DNA of 64,000 nucleotides from Tubiluchus corallicola. Its lineage: Eukaryota; Animalia; Priapulida. A program made the translations under genes and the position numbers. The notes beneath the pieces were generated by a model that did not search any database, was not told the origin of the DNA, and was given only the letters and a program-made list of their open reading frames with translations. The stretch spans positions 70,660 to 134,659 of the forward strand of contig JAQGDQ010002366.1 of the NCBI GenBank assembly GCA_030141605.1. Reading direction: 5' to 3'. Below, one piece after another: positions 1 through 12,203 of this stretch (within the stretch, counting starts at the first letter, position 1; each line of letters starts with the position of its first letter).

Positions 1-51
1 ATTTTGTGTCCTTGAGTGAGTGAAAGTTTGAAAGCAAGACAGGAGCTCAGC

Positions 52-235
52 AACACAACAACAACAACAATAATAATAATAATGATAATGATAGTGATAG
101 TGAGATAGTGATAGTGATAATGATAATGATAATAATAATGATAATGATGATGATAATAATAATAATATCTATTTCTATTATCGTCATTATCACTATTATC
201 ATTATACTGATAAATAACGATGATAGTAACTACTA
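52..235. repeat. Compound trinucleotide low-complexity tract (AAC/AAT/GAT/AGTGAT)
   Basis: Visible runs acaacaaca, taataataat, gatagtgatagt, gatgatgat, followed by complementary ttatc-type runs. Confidence 0.85.
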
Positions 236-934
236 ATAAATTTTAAAGCTGAGTTACGCAAAAATTTATGTGTTAACTCACATAGTGCCATAAAGACTAC
301 ATACACAACAATTACGTATTTTTATAAAACTAAGTATTTATAAAAACATTTTGCAGTAACCTTTAAGCGCTTGATAGCTATGGGTTGTAGCCTTATCAGT
401 AATTACACACCGAGGTATGTCACTGACGATTGTGAGGAGGCAATAAATTTTCATTGAACGCTCAGCAGAGTGTAGAGCCGATAGGTGAACGTAGTCTCTA
501 TTTAGAGTATAATAATAATGATAGTCTTGTCCTCTAGAAACTGTAAACCGTAAACTAAAAGGGAATTACGGAGATAGTATAATTAGAGAAGAATCGAAGC
601 TTTCGAGCCAACAATAAATTTTCTAATAGCAAAGGAAAACTGTGTTAAATAGTGATTTTGATTAAATTGGCGACTAAATTATTAAATTAATAATTCAAGA
701 TTAAATGCTTGACGATGCAAGATTAAACTATCGTCCTGGCTAGAAGCCTAGTTAGGTGGTGGCATCACGTGACCAGCTGATCTTCGACCGGCTGACTCAC
801 AAGTAAAGATTGATGATGTAATCGTTATGCGCAGAAGCTCGCGGCGCATTAGGTAGTTAGACAAAAGTGAGGCCCGCACGCGAAATTTTTTTTTGCAACT
901 GAGTTCCGGACAGATTATTTTCCTCATTTGCATT

Positions 935-1066
935 AACCAATCAGCGTCTATGTTGTTCAGGGGCGCTTCAGAGCAAGAAACCAATCAGCGTCTATGTTGT
1001 TCAGGGGCGCTTCAGAGCAAGAAACCAATCAGCGTCTATGTTGATCAGGGGCGCTTCAGAGCAAGA
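935..1066 (+). repeat. Three tandem copies of a 44-bp CCAAT-containing unit
   Basis: AACCAATCAGCGTCTATGTTG(T/A)TCAGGGGCGCTTCAGAGCAAGA starts at 935, 979 and 1023. Confidence 0.95.
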
Positions 1067-4000
1067 TGGCGATCCACGTGTGTGAGTTCTGTGTGAAGGA
1101 ACCTGACAAATACTCTGAAATTTCTTCATTTGCGGTAAGATTATATTGCTAACTAATGGCTAAATGGGCGCTATTACACTTTCGCACCGCCTAGCTTTTT
1201 CTAGGTTATTACTCGTTTTTAGGCTCGTAAGTCATCATTCTTACGTCATCAGTGAATGTTTCCGCTAATCTAAGTGTAATTTAATAATATATTTAGGTAT
1301 AATTACCAATAATTACGCTGTATTCACACTTCTACACCTATACAGGGCGTATCGCCATCTTGTTTGTGTGTGTAGTCACGTGACGAATTTCGTACTAGTT
1401 TATGCATTATCAGGGCCTAGCTTAAAAGGCACGTGACACACTTTCATCTTCACCGCATTTACGAAATAAAGAAAAAACTTTTACTTTTTTATAATCTAAT
1501 AGTAATAATACTATAGTAATAAATAAAATTAATGATAAATAACTGTAGTCGTCTAAAATAATTTCCCGCGATACGATACAAACTCCCGTGGCTGCAACCC
1601 TAATAATCATAAATTATGCGAAGAAACTAAAAATACATGTTAAGGGCCACATCGTCACTGCGCGAGAGCGATTGCGCATTAGTGATGTAAACACGGTTAT
1701 TCACGTGCAGCTTTTAATGGCGGCGGTCGGTAAGTAATGCATGATTTTAATCTGGACTTATAAAGCGTAAGAAGCAATAATATTATGGGAATATGGTGTA
1801 TATTACGCCTGTTGGTCTGCTTTCTGGCCTGCAGGCGTGAAAACAGCCAATAGGCCAGGAAAAGCTAGGCGGTGCGAAAGTGTAATAGCGCCGGCTAAAT
1901 GTGGTGGTGGTGTAAGACTATAGATCACTCACTGGGCCTTGTCTCTCGAAAATCATACATAAAGTTTGTTTACAAAGAACTTTTGTGCACCTCAAAACCG
2001 ATTTTTTTTTTCGTACAGCGATAAAAGATATGTGTCTACTACTTTTCTCCTGTGTGCGCTTTTCGCCTGTAATTGCATGTATACATTATCGTATGTAGGA
2101 AACGTAGACGTACATTTGTGTTCTTAAAAATATACAGGGTGTGCCATATAGTGTGTTGTGTGTGTATAGGCCTAGTAATTTTAATGTTATCATTTGTCTT
2201 CAATTATCATTTAGATCTATGGTCCACCACTTTGAGAAAGTTGTAAAAAATTTGTAAATGTGTAAAAGAGCCTGTTAACAAGTGTGGCAACAGAATATTT
2301 AGTCGTCTTACACCAGACTTTAGAGTAGCCTTATGAGACACAATACTTTCCAACCTCTGCCTTTGTAGCCTTGTGAGACTTTGTATAGCTTGCGCAGTAG
2401 AGATGCGCATGTGTGTACCTGTGAGAGATTCTGGATGTGTTGTAACTCGAGAGGATATATAAATTGTGATTATAGTCAGGTTCGGCCTGTGTGAGATGCT
2501 AGTTATGGAATTTAAAGCTCTTTTTTCGGTTCTTTTAAGATTTTTCCTATCACTGATGCTAAACTTGTATTTTCTTTGTCTGGCCTTAACCATTGTCAAG
2601 ATGTACCTTTTCTGAAGAATAGGCAGCAAGTGTTGTTGAAGGATTAAAGGGATGCATCGTTTACATGTGTCTTAAACATTCATTTGCCAGGTTGATTACT
2701 TCTGCCATCACAGGACCAGAAAGACCAAAGGGCAAGGGCCACATGCTGGAAAGAAGAATACTAATTGCCCAGCTGGGTTGCAGATTAAAGTCAAGAATAC
2801 AAGTTTCTTTAACATCGATGGGCATATAAGGAAATGCCGGTAAGTAATTCAGGTTTCCTCTGCAGCTAGGCAAAGTACATGTATTTACTGAAGAAAATAA
2901 ATCGAGGTGTGTCCTTTAAAATGGAATGCTCATCTTTTTTTAATGTTTGCCTATTTTGAAGTATTTGTTGAAGTGAATATGCCATTCTAATTTTCCCAAC
3001 AACTTTTAAGGAATGATGTTGTATGCATAGAAAGAATATTTCACTCCTCTTTTTGTAGTTCAACAGCTTTAGCACAGATGGTATTTGGAATTACATTGTA
3101 TTATGTTCTTTATGAATTTCAGTTCCGAAGACCCACATCTGCCCAATTATCCAATGACAGTCAAGATCAAGTTCTGGCATAACCATCCTATCATGGCATT
3201 TGCTGTACTCAAACACCAAGATGTTGCAGAACCAACCAAACAAAAGATCTTGCAATTGTTTGAGAATGGCTACACCGCATCGAAGGCACTTGAGTTGCAC
3301 AAGTTTGACCTTCAAATGGAGGATCCAGAAGAGTATGTGGTCAAAAGTGGAAACCGAGCCATATGTCCTGATGTATTGCTATAGGTAAGTGATGTTTTAC
3401 ATTGGGAACACTACTCTCCACTGGTATGCCACAACCTAGTCGCCGAGTGGGCAAGATATATTGACGGGACTCACTCGTCAGACCCTGGAAACAGGATTAC
3501 CTCATCTCAGGATTCCTGAGATAAGACTCTTAAAGTATCCTATTGATAAATACCCTGCTGAAAGTAATACGTAAAAACCTCATTAAAGCTGAACTGATTA
3601 TAATGAATATTTGGTACGTGGTCAAAAGACTCCTCTGAAGGTCCTAGAGCTGAATCAAGAAATGTGGTGTACCTCATGTGACTTCACTCCGCTACCAGTT
3701 CTTATTTTGACAACAAACATTTTTCAACTGAAAGTAGGAATTGGACACGATTGCAGCTTGCTCAGTAATGAATGTCGCCTTAGGCACTCATGTTTTCAAA
3801 GTTCTTTTGTCATGTTTCTGACACTTCTTCAGGCTCTGACCTTTTGTGTTTTCTGCTTTTTTAGGTTGTACTATGCTACTTTCAAGAAGGAATATGGTGA
3901 ACCAAATTGTCCACAGACTCTGCCTTGGCATCTGCCCTTCATTGCTTTGGGAAGTATGCTGGAGTTGCTGAAGCTGTTGGAAACAAGAAAAAAAGAGAAT

Positions 4001-4229
4001 GCTTGTTGGTGCAAAGTCCATTGGTGTCCAACCTACTGCAAGGGCACGCAGGAAAATGGTTGGTGGAGGCCGCAATAAGATTGGATCTGGGCGACCATGC
4101 CATACAAATGTCCAGTCATCTTCTGTCACCCCATTTTCCTCGCAGGTAATGCCAAAATATAAAGCACCACACAGACTTTCTGCATGTGTAGAATGTAACC
4201 AAAACACTTGGCAAGACGCATTCTGCTAA
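1066..4229 (+). pseudogene. Spliced MULE-type transposase pseudogene; N-terminal Cys/His region and C-terminal tail kept, DDE core missing
   Basis: Candidate GT-AG exons: 1066-1134 (MAIHVCEFCVKEPDKYSEISSFA); 2691-2839 (VDYFCHHRTRK...KNTNCPAGLQIKVK, phase 2); 3123-3384 (SEDPHLPNYPMTVKIKFWHNHPI...ICPD, frameshift near its end); 3865 onward (RLYYATFKKEYG) joined directly to STDSALASALHCFGKY and IGVQPTARARRK...HRLSACVECNQ. The CHH..CPA..HNH pattern resembles the FAR1/WRKY-like DNA-binding domain of MULEs. Confidence 0.7.
1167..1892. mobile_element. 726-bp MITE with 33-bp perfect TIRs and 9-bp TSD (Mutator-like), nested in the first intron of the MULE gene
   Basis: GGCGCTATTACACTTTCGCACCGCCTAGCTTTT at 1167-1199 and its exact reverse complement at 1860-1892. 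TSD GGCTAAATG at 1158-1166 and 1893-1901. Confidence 0.95.
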
Positions 4230-4324
4230 GTAGTACAAGATTGATTGCAAGACACTCAGGTTTGACAAAATGCTGTATATTGGAATGAGGTGTTAAGTTA
4301 CACTGCAGTACTGGTATAGTTGAC

Positions 4325-5724
4325 ACTCCTTGTGTACCGCCAGCATTCAGAACAATAACTGTGGTGATGAAGCTCAGATAGCTCAGAAATTCTGGTATGA
4401 TAGACAGTCACGTGCACGTTCTTTTGAGGTTGGACAGCAAGTATTAGTACAACACAAAGGATGTCACAAACATCTATAACCGGGTCTTGGTGCAGTCCTA
4501 TCCTAAGAAGATGGTGAGGGCAATGGTATGCCAGTCACTTATTTGAGTCGCAAACTAACGTCACCTGAAAGCAACTACTCATTTGTTGAACTCGAGTTGC
4601 TTGCCATTATCTGGTCTATTGAAAAATTGTCCAAGGCAAAGAAAATGTCCTTGCAGATGCGCTTTCCAGAGCGTAAATGGTTATGAAATGAAAAAAGCAC
4701 AAAGTTTATAAAATCATGCAAAGTTTTTGCTAGGTAAGAATTCAAAGCCAGCAAATAAATATTATTTAATTGGTGGAAAAATCTGTTGAGAATTTATTCC
4801 AGCCCCAGGTGGGGTGTATAGTAACATTTTGGATATGATATGTCTGCTGTCATTTGCTTATTTACAATGATCAATTTATGTTGTATAGTTTTTGACATAC
4901 TTTGCCACTAGATGGCAGTTACTTTCTTATCCTGAGTTTTTAGTTAAGCTAAGTGAAGGCAGATCCATGTTTAATTTAGTTAATGGGGGTAGCTCAAGCC
5001 TTTATTTTCCTTTGTACCAACTAACTTCCTGTTAGTGATTGAATTACAGAATGGATGATCATCATGGATGAATATTCAATACGTTAAAACTAAGATATAT
5101 GTTTCCTCGTATAAACTTCACTTGTTTTGCACATCTGCGTGGAGATGTAGTTTTAGATATGCCAAACAGATACATCTTGACAGTGTACATGTATAGTGAG
5201 TGGAAGCCAGAACAGTGACCTAGAAAAGTTAGTTCAGGTAGAGAGCTGCTTACGTTTGGATGTTAAAAGCAGCCATGTTAATAAAAAGCAGTGAATAAAT
5301 GTTGGTAACAACATGAAAGTGATTGTGGAGCCGACAGTGGTTAGCTTGGTGTAGGTGTAGCTGGTGATGTTGGTAGACTAGACCCTCTGTCAAAGTCAAC
5401 TATCCTATATATGTCAATCTCAGGTGCAAAGCCATATTTTGGACAGACAGTCATATGCCATAGTGTTGATGTATGCAGAGTCAGACTTATTCTGTGCAGA
5501 ACCGAAGTTGCCGGTAAGATGTATCATTACTACATTTTCTAGTATCTGGAGGAACATTAACTGTTTGCCAAACGTCGATCATTAACTTCTTGAAGTGAAG
5601 CTTGGGACTTGCTAGTAAAAAGACACTGACCCTGCTGGTGAAATACAGTCTATGGCGCCTCCCACTAACCTGCATTCTTACTATCCCTTCATTACCTTGG
5701 GAATGGGGCTTTACTTTGTGCACA
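4325..5724 (+). mobile_element. Deleted Gypsy-superfamily LTR retrotransposon remnant (integrase tail, then RNase H, PPT, putative LTR)
   Basis: AQIAQKFWYDRQSRARSFEVGQQVLV (about 4372-4450, integrase C-terminus). Then GNGMPVTYLSRKLTSPESNYSFVELELLAIIWSIEKL and, after a frameshift, QGKENVLADALSRA* (RNase H end, about 4676). G-rich tract about 4808-4814, then an LTR-like segment with AATAAA ending ...GCACA at about 5724. Confidence 0.65.
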
Positions 5725-7329
5725 CCCTGTATATTGCTTATAAATTGTAATTCTGATTAGAAAACCGTTTTGTCAGTGTTAAAGCTTTATTTTGCTATCA
5801 TACAACGAATTTCACTGTCATTTACATCCTTTAGATTTCATGATGTGAACGCAGCTTTAATTTCAATAAACCTACAAAAGTGTTGATTTCTGTATAGTAA
5901 TTATTTACTGTTTTGCATTAGTTTACATTTGGTGATTGGACATTGAGGTTATATCCAGTAATCACTAGACTGCCTATTAACAGTTAATCAGGTAACGATC
6001 TCTGTAGAGTTCAAACAATTTACATATTTTGTTTGAAGTCCTTAGACCAAAATTCCGTCATGTTACAAGTTATGATTGTTGAAAATAAATGAAGAATAGT
6101 TCAATGTGAACATGGTGAAAAAAGAATGTTTTTTCTTTTATTAGCTGTCCTCAAGAATATAAGGTGTCGAAATTTTCCAACAGAGGGGCCGAAAGGTTCT
6201 AAAATGAAGACTTAGATTGCCTTTTGGTTTATATGCTTGTGCCCACCAAAACCTGCTACCAATTTTGGAGCACCCTTTTTCAAAACCCTATGACTAAGGG
6301 TTAAGAACCTAAATTAAGATGGATTTGAAATTAGTTGGCCTAAGTGGGACTGAGGGAAAAACATGGCTGACAGAACTTGCAACTTGGCATGAGGGCAATG
6401 CCAAGGGCTCAAAGTCATCATTTAGGTCCACTCGACCCCCCTCCCCAAAAGGTCTTCGTGCACCCTTCGACTGTCGAGAGAAATTTGAGTGATTTCGGAA
6501 AGAACTTTGGAAAAATTCATGAAAATCGTATGAATACTTACTGTAGTCCCATAGGAGAGATTGTGACTTTTCAAATGCCATCTTGAGAGTCGCAATCTCT
6601 CCTGAGGGACTTCACAGCAGTACTGTATTTAAGGGTTAATACCATAGTCTAATCAAGCGAATCTGACCGTATTATTTCCCTGATGTATGCCCACAGACTG
6701 ACACTAACAGTATACTGTGGCCTCTTTGTCTTATTGGACCATGGAACATTGCGAAAGGCAATGAACTGCGGTTTGGTGCAGTATATCCTGAAAAAGAGCA
6801 CCCCAAAATTACCCAAGGACTAGTTTCTATTAGTTCCAAATAAACCTACATTTTCTAGCCTTCTTTTCCAACCGCGTGCAAGGGCTGACAGCATGGCCTA
6901 CCCTGTTCAATTAACAGGCAACAGTGCACTGAAGTGAGTGCCCGATGTTGTGTAAACATGTGCACGTGGTTGACGAACGCCTGACATTGTTTACATGTGT
7001 GTAGTCATGGCTGTTTGAGGAATCTGATTGGTTAATGCTAATGAGGGAAATAATCTGTTCGGAACTCAGTTGCAAAAAAACATTTGCGGCCCGCACATCG
7101 GGGAAGATGAGGAATTTACCGTGCTGTGTTTGATATTTAATAAATGTGTTGTTTATTAAATAAAGTCTTGATAGTTTGCCCTAATTGCTCTTTTTTGAAG
7201 TTTGAACGTACGGTTGTTATCATGGTTAAAAGTTTCGCCCTAGCTTAGTAACTAATACTTAATTCGCGACAAAATTAAAGCATGATATAATGTGAGTATA
7301 ACATGCTCAAGAAGAACGCACTTAAGTTT

Positions 7330-9300
7330 GTTTAACTCCAACGGAACGTGAAATTTTGACAGCTAAACTATTAATATGGTCGGTCCAAAAAGGTTTTCGT
7401 TAATGTTTAGACTTTAGATTTAAAAATGAGTAGTCGAAATTTGTTAAATATTACAGTTGTCGATTTTAACATTAAGATCGAACATTTTTCATAGCGTTGG
7501 CCATGGAAAAGCACAAACTTAATTTTACCGACATTAAGTAACAACTTATTTGCTCTAAGCTATTGACTTATAGAACAGAGTTCAAAATTTACGTTGTTTG
7601 AGATTTCGGATGCATCTGAACCAAGAGAAGAAATAGAAACTGTATCGTCAGAGTACATAATGGTGGTAAAACCAACAAAAGAAGTCCACATTGAAATCGA
7701 TCGATAATTGTCAAGTACAGCCTTAGCTTCTTTCTTGTAGAAGGGTGATACTCTCGGATAATTAATTTAGGGAATTTGGGAAGATGCTTTTGATAGAAGC
7801 TGAATTGGCTGTAAAAGTCCAAGACTAATTTGTTTAAGAATTTTAGCAGAAATTCATTCTACACCAAAATTATAATGTTTCAAGAACTTTTGTGCAGGTG
7901 ATTTGTCTAAAAGCAAAAGTTTTGGGAAATGGAATTGTTAAATAATCACAAAAAAACTGGTATTTGTAGGCGCAATTTCGCTTACGATTTTTATCCCAAT
8001 ACTAGTGAAAAATTTATTAAAAGTCAGCTATACAAGAGCGCTTAATTAAAAACTATCTAGAAAATAATACTTCGGTTTTGGTGTTGTTGATAATAGAACT
8101 GATGTTAGACCAGGTTTTTTTGATATCATTACAACAATATTGAAAACGGTCTGAATAATACTGACGCCTAGAATTAGTAATGGTATTTTTTAATACTTTC
8201 TCATAATTGCGTAACGTGAGCATTTCTAACATGATAAAGGTTTGAATCACGTGGAGAACATTTAAGTTTAACATAAAACCGGTTTTTGGTTTTCATTGAG
8301 CGAAGAATGCATAGGTAATCGATGGTTTCATGTTATGTTTATAAGTGTCGGCTTGTATTTATCTAGTGAGACTCAGTTAAAATAAAACTAAAAAATCCGT
8401 AATTATAGTTTATATTGCCATGACTAGAATAAACGTACAAAAAATAACAATTAAACAGACTTGTTTCAGCTTATCAATTTGAACACGTAATGTGTTGTAA
8501 AATTCGATAAACGTCGTGGGTTTTATTTTGGAATACACTCACGGAATGATACAAAATAACTTTTATGAACGAAAATTTGATTGATAAGTATCCCAGCTGA
8601 AATATTACAAAATGTTTCGTCAATTCGAATAAAGTTATCAATTGAGGTCAAGCAAGCGTAATAGGGTGGGAAAAACGGTATCTAAGAAGTGTTTTGTACT
8701 CAAGTTTTTTAGAAATTTTTAATAAGTTAATATTTATTTCGCCCCAAATAAAAATGGATAAATGTACACTTTCAAAAGTAGCAAGTACATTTGAAAATTC
8801 ATCGCTAAAATCAAAGCATGATTGAAAAAGATTTTTAGGAGGACGATAACCATTGCCTAATATGATTCATTTGTTTACAGTTAAACCAAAAATTTCAACG
8901 AATTGACGTTCCCATAATGATTTATCGCAATTAGCAATAGGAATTTCCTTATTGCTAAAATCGTCTTGAATATATATTGCTAGACCGCCGTGCATATAGT
9001 CTGTACACTCTTTAGTAATAAGATTAATAACCACCAAGATTAAAAAGGGAGCTGCTTTCGTTGCAATATAACAAAGTTTCCTGTAAGCATATAGCACTGA
9101 ATGGGATTCCGTTAGTCTGCAAAAGCTTAAGAAACGTAGAAAGTTTGAGAAATTTCGAAGTTAAAGATTGATGGTTTAAGTTAAGTATGCGAAATTCATC
9201 TTGTGAGATTTCACAAAACTTTTTGAAGTCAGCATCACTATAGTACAGGGAACCGATTAATTGAATATAACCGAATAGGGTGGTCGCCGCCTGCACTGTA
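7330..9300 (-). mobile_element. Degenerate LINE (CR1/L2-like) ORF2 remnant, from endonuclease to start of RT
   Basis: ORF fragments FRILNLNHQSLTSKF...SAICLQETL, HGGLAIYIQDDF and YYSDRFQYCCNDIKKTWSNISSIIN, with many stops and frameshifts. Confidence 0.75.
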
Positions 9301-10167
9301 ATGTAACTTTAAAATTACGATTAAATTATTCTGGTCGGATACCTAGAACCTCCAAACCTCCATCTAGTGATAAATAATGAAAAGAGAGTGAGCATTTATA
9401 CGATTTGGTTGCCATCTTTCACGTCATCTTGAAAATTAGGGTTTCTGGTGATCAAACAATGATGCGCTTCTAATTTTGTTATTAAAGCACGACCTCATGC
9501 TCTAAAATATGGTTGCTAAACCTTTAATAGCAAATTTTAGGGTCAAAACGTTTCAGCTATCTACTGTTACCCAACTGTTTTACTCTCATCATTTCATGTG
9601 ATATTATCATGTGTAATTTTCTATCTTTGCCTCCATTTTAATTTTCAATGCAAATATTTGCTTACATCGACGAACAGCCTATACATAAAGTGTGCTAATT
9701 GACGCTATAATGCAAAACAGTTCAAGCATATCAGATATTAAACACAATTTTTACCAACTAACTGCGTATATTAATTAACTGTTTAGCTTCGACTACAGAG
9801 AGTATAATTGCGATATTCTTTTGTGCTCATGGCTGATATATATTTCAAATTAACCTCCTTTAAACAATAATGTAATTCGATGTGGTCACATTTGCAAGCC
9901 GTGTAGCTATGCACCTGGACAATTACCAATAGTAAAATATTAATGACATTTTTAACAATTAACGCATGTTAATATCTGCTTGGCAGAAATATAAGACATG
10001 CCATTAAAGTTTCATGCTTTGCGTCACTCACGGTTACACAGTGTACACAAATGAAGAAGATGATAATCGATCGCACAGACAATTAGATAACACTCATCGC
10101 TAATCTATTATTTTTCACACGCAGCAGCATAAAAAAAGAACGAAGTTTAACAATCGTGGTAATATGA

Positions 10168-10171
<4 letters not shown>

Positions 10172-10236
<65 letters not shown>
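10172..10236. repeat. (TA)n microsatellite
   Basis: Perfect TA run. Confidence 0.97.
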
Positions 10237-10239
<3 letters not shown>

Positions 10240-11789
10240 TAATGCGTTGAATAAAAGAGGACAGATGTCATTTGTTTTCAAACATGTTAGAAAAACAAAA
10301 AAATGTGTTGATTGGTTGACATGTGATGGGTAGGTCCTGTTGAAACATGTGATACTAGTAATTTATAAACAAATTTAGTGTTATCAGTCGAAAGAACGTT
10401 AATGCTGAAGCCTACCTTCACTATTTTTTGTACCGCATGTAATGCTAAACTCTCTCTACTTTTAGATTATCTCTCACTGGCAATTTTTTATCAGAAGAGA
10501 TTAGTCATATATTTTTAGCTTGAATCATCGAAAAGCTATGCTTCCTAAACAGCCACACCTCAGATGCGTACAGAATGATGGGTAGCACAGTGACTTTGAA
10601 AAGATTAATTATAGTTGGTAAACTGAAGTTGGTGCTTCTGTCTTGTCAGATTGTGTATTTAACAACAGTCGCCATTTCTGGCACCATATATGTGGACTTT
10701 CACAACAACTCTGAGCAGTTTACGTATTTATATCTGTACTTTGACTCGATATGTGCAACGTGCCATCATCGGCATATTGAAAATTTCTCCACATGTTTAG
10801 GCATTTGGTTAACATTTCTGCTACAAAAAATATAAACAGCGTCGGGGACAAAACCTAATTTTGTGATAACCCATAACTTTGCTTCACTTTCTTTAAGCTT
10901 CAAAAGATTACACATTTCTCTTTTTAAGTCATTCATTATTTGTGAATCTGCAACAAACTGAAGAGCGTTACCTTGTTTTCTGGGGTAAAAAGCCTGCGTA
11001 TCAGCTTTCTCCTCAGATTCTGCGTCGCTGTCGCTTTGTATGTCTTCGTCGCTATGTAACTTTCAGCTTGTTTGAGAAAATCAGATATATCATATATGAA
11101 GTGCCTGTCGCACAAGTATTGCCCATTTGGTCTAAATGATCCTGAAACCACGTTCTTTTTCAACATATTTGGCAATTTTTAGCCGCGCCAGTAGGTTTTT
11201 GTCCTGGCATAATTACCGTACAGCAGGCTTGTATATCCCGAGGCTATCAAAACGCAGTTAAGAGAATTTGTTTGAACACTGGCTAACGTAAGCCTACAGT
11301 TCTTTATAATTTAAGAACAGTTGTTGTAAAAGTTTTTACTACATTTCTCAAAAATTTAGTCCGACACCATTTTACAAAAATTCGCGAGCTAAAACGATCC
11401 GTATGAAGTGCACCGTTCCGTGACCACTGCAAGCGCTGTGACTGTGACCACTGATATATATCACACTGCACTACATTACATAACTTTACAACATTCTATT
11501 ACATTTGCAGAACGTATTGCAGAATCTTCGGTTTGTGACTTTGTCATATAGGGTTTTCTAGTTTAAAGCTACTCGTATTTTCTTAATAGTTAGATGCAAT
11601 TAAAATGTTTTTACAGAATTTGAATAATGTCGTATCTGTAGCAAATACCTGGCATTAACAAACTGCACGTTTGCATTGCAATGTACGAAACTTTGACACT
11701 CTGTTTTGTTGCCCCACAATTTTGGGCATATCAGTTATTTTGTTTTTTTCATATACATAAATTGATAAAATTTTTTGAATCTTGTGTGG

Positions 11790-11821
11790 TTGTTGTTATT
11801 GTTATTATTATTACTATACTA

Positions 11822-11888
<67 letters not shown>

Positions 11889-11900
11889 TATTATTATTAC

Positions 11901-11939
<39 letters not shown>
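11790..11939. repeat. (TTA)n microsatellite
   Basis: Long near-perfect TTA run; explains the poly-L/N/Y pseudo-ORFs. Confidence 0.97.
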
Positions 11940-11940
<1 letters not shown>

Positions 11941-11999
11941 AGACGACCTTAACAATTCCAAAAGTTTGTTAGAGCAATTAACAAAGAAGTCCATCCTAC

Positions 12000-12203
12000 C
12001 AACGCACTTGTTGAAGAATAAGGTTGGTCAAGGAACGCCCACAGCTTTGGTTTATACTGTTTCCAGCAGCTTGCATTGGCCGATAAACCCGCCTCATTGT
12101 CAATACCAAAGATTTTGGTGACTTGAGTCAGACTTTTTGCGTCAACATCTAGTTCATCCTCACTAGCCAACTCTGGATCTCCAACAAAAGCACGAAGGGT
12201 TTC
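12000..12203 (-). CDS. KCNC: Shaw/Kv3 potassium channel, coding exon 2 (T1-S1 linker)
   Basis: Acceptor ttttgttacAG, then ETLRAFVGDPELASEDE...WKQYKPKLWAFLDQPYSSTSAL (68 codons), then donor GTAGGA. Joins exon 1 in phase 0 to give the conserved Shaw junction HRDAQ|ETL. The W..F..PYSS pre-S1 motif is present. The donor position is less certain than the acceptor. Confidence 0.88.

Larger units (their letters stand above)
880..7087 (+). mobile_element. Mutator-like (MULE) DNA transposon, internally deleted and non-autonomous
   Basis: Imperfect TIRs of about 65 bp: 880-944 (GCGAAATTTTTTTTTGCAACTGAGTTCCGGACAGATTATTTTCCTCATTTGCATTAACCAATCAG) vs the reverse complement of 7024-7087. Exact 9-bp direct repeat GGCCCGCAC flanks it at 871-879 and 7088-7096; a 9-bp TSD is typical of MULEs. 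Contains spliced transposase remnants. Confidence 0.85.

Noticed and set aside
935-1066. Regular repeats resembling a CRISPR array
   Set aside because: Units are contiguous tandem copies with no unique spacers, there are no cas genes, and the context is eukaryotic.
2207-2629. 140-aa minus-strand ORF as a second MULE gene (mudrB-like)
   Set aside because: No recognisable motif, non-ATG start, and it lies in what appears to be an intron; unsupported.
11681-11994. Poly-L, poly-N and poly-Y ORFs
   Set aside because: They are translations of a (TTA)n microsatellite; the same applies to the ORFs at 10083-10271, 37503-37745 and 58334-58597.
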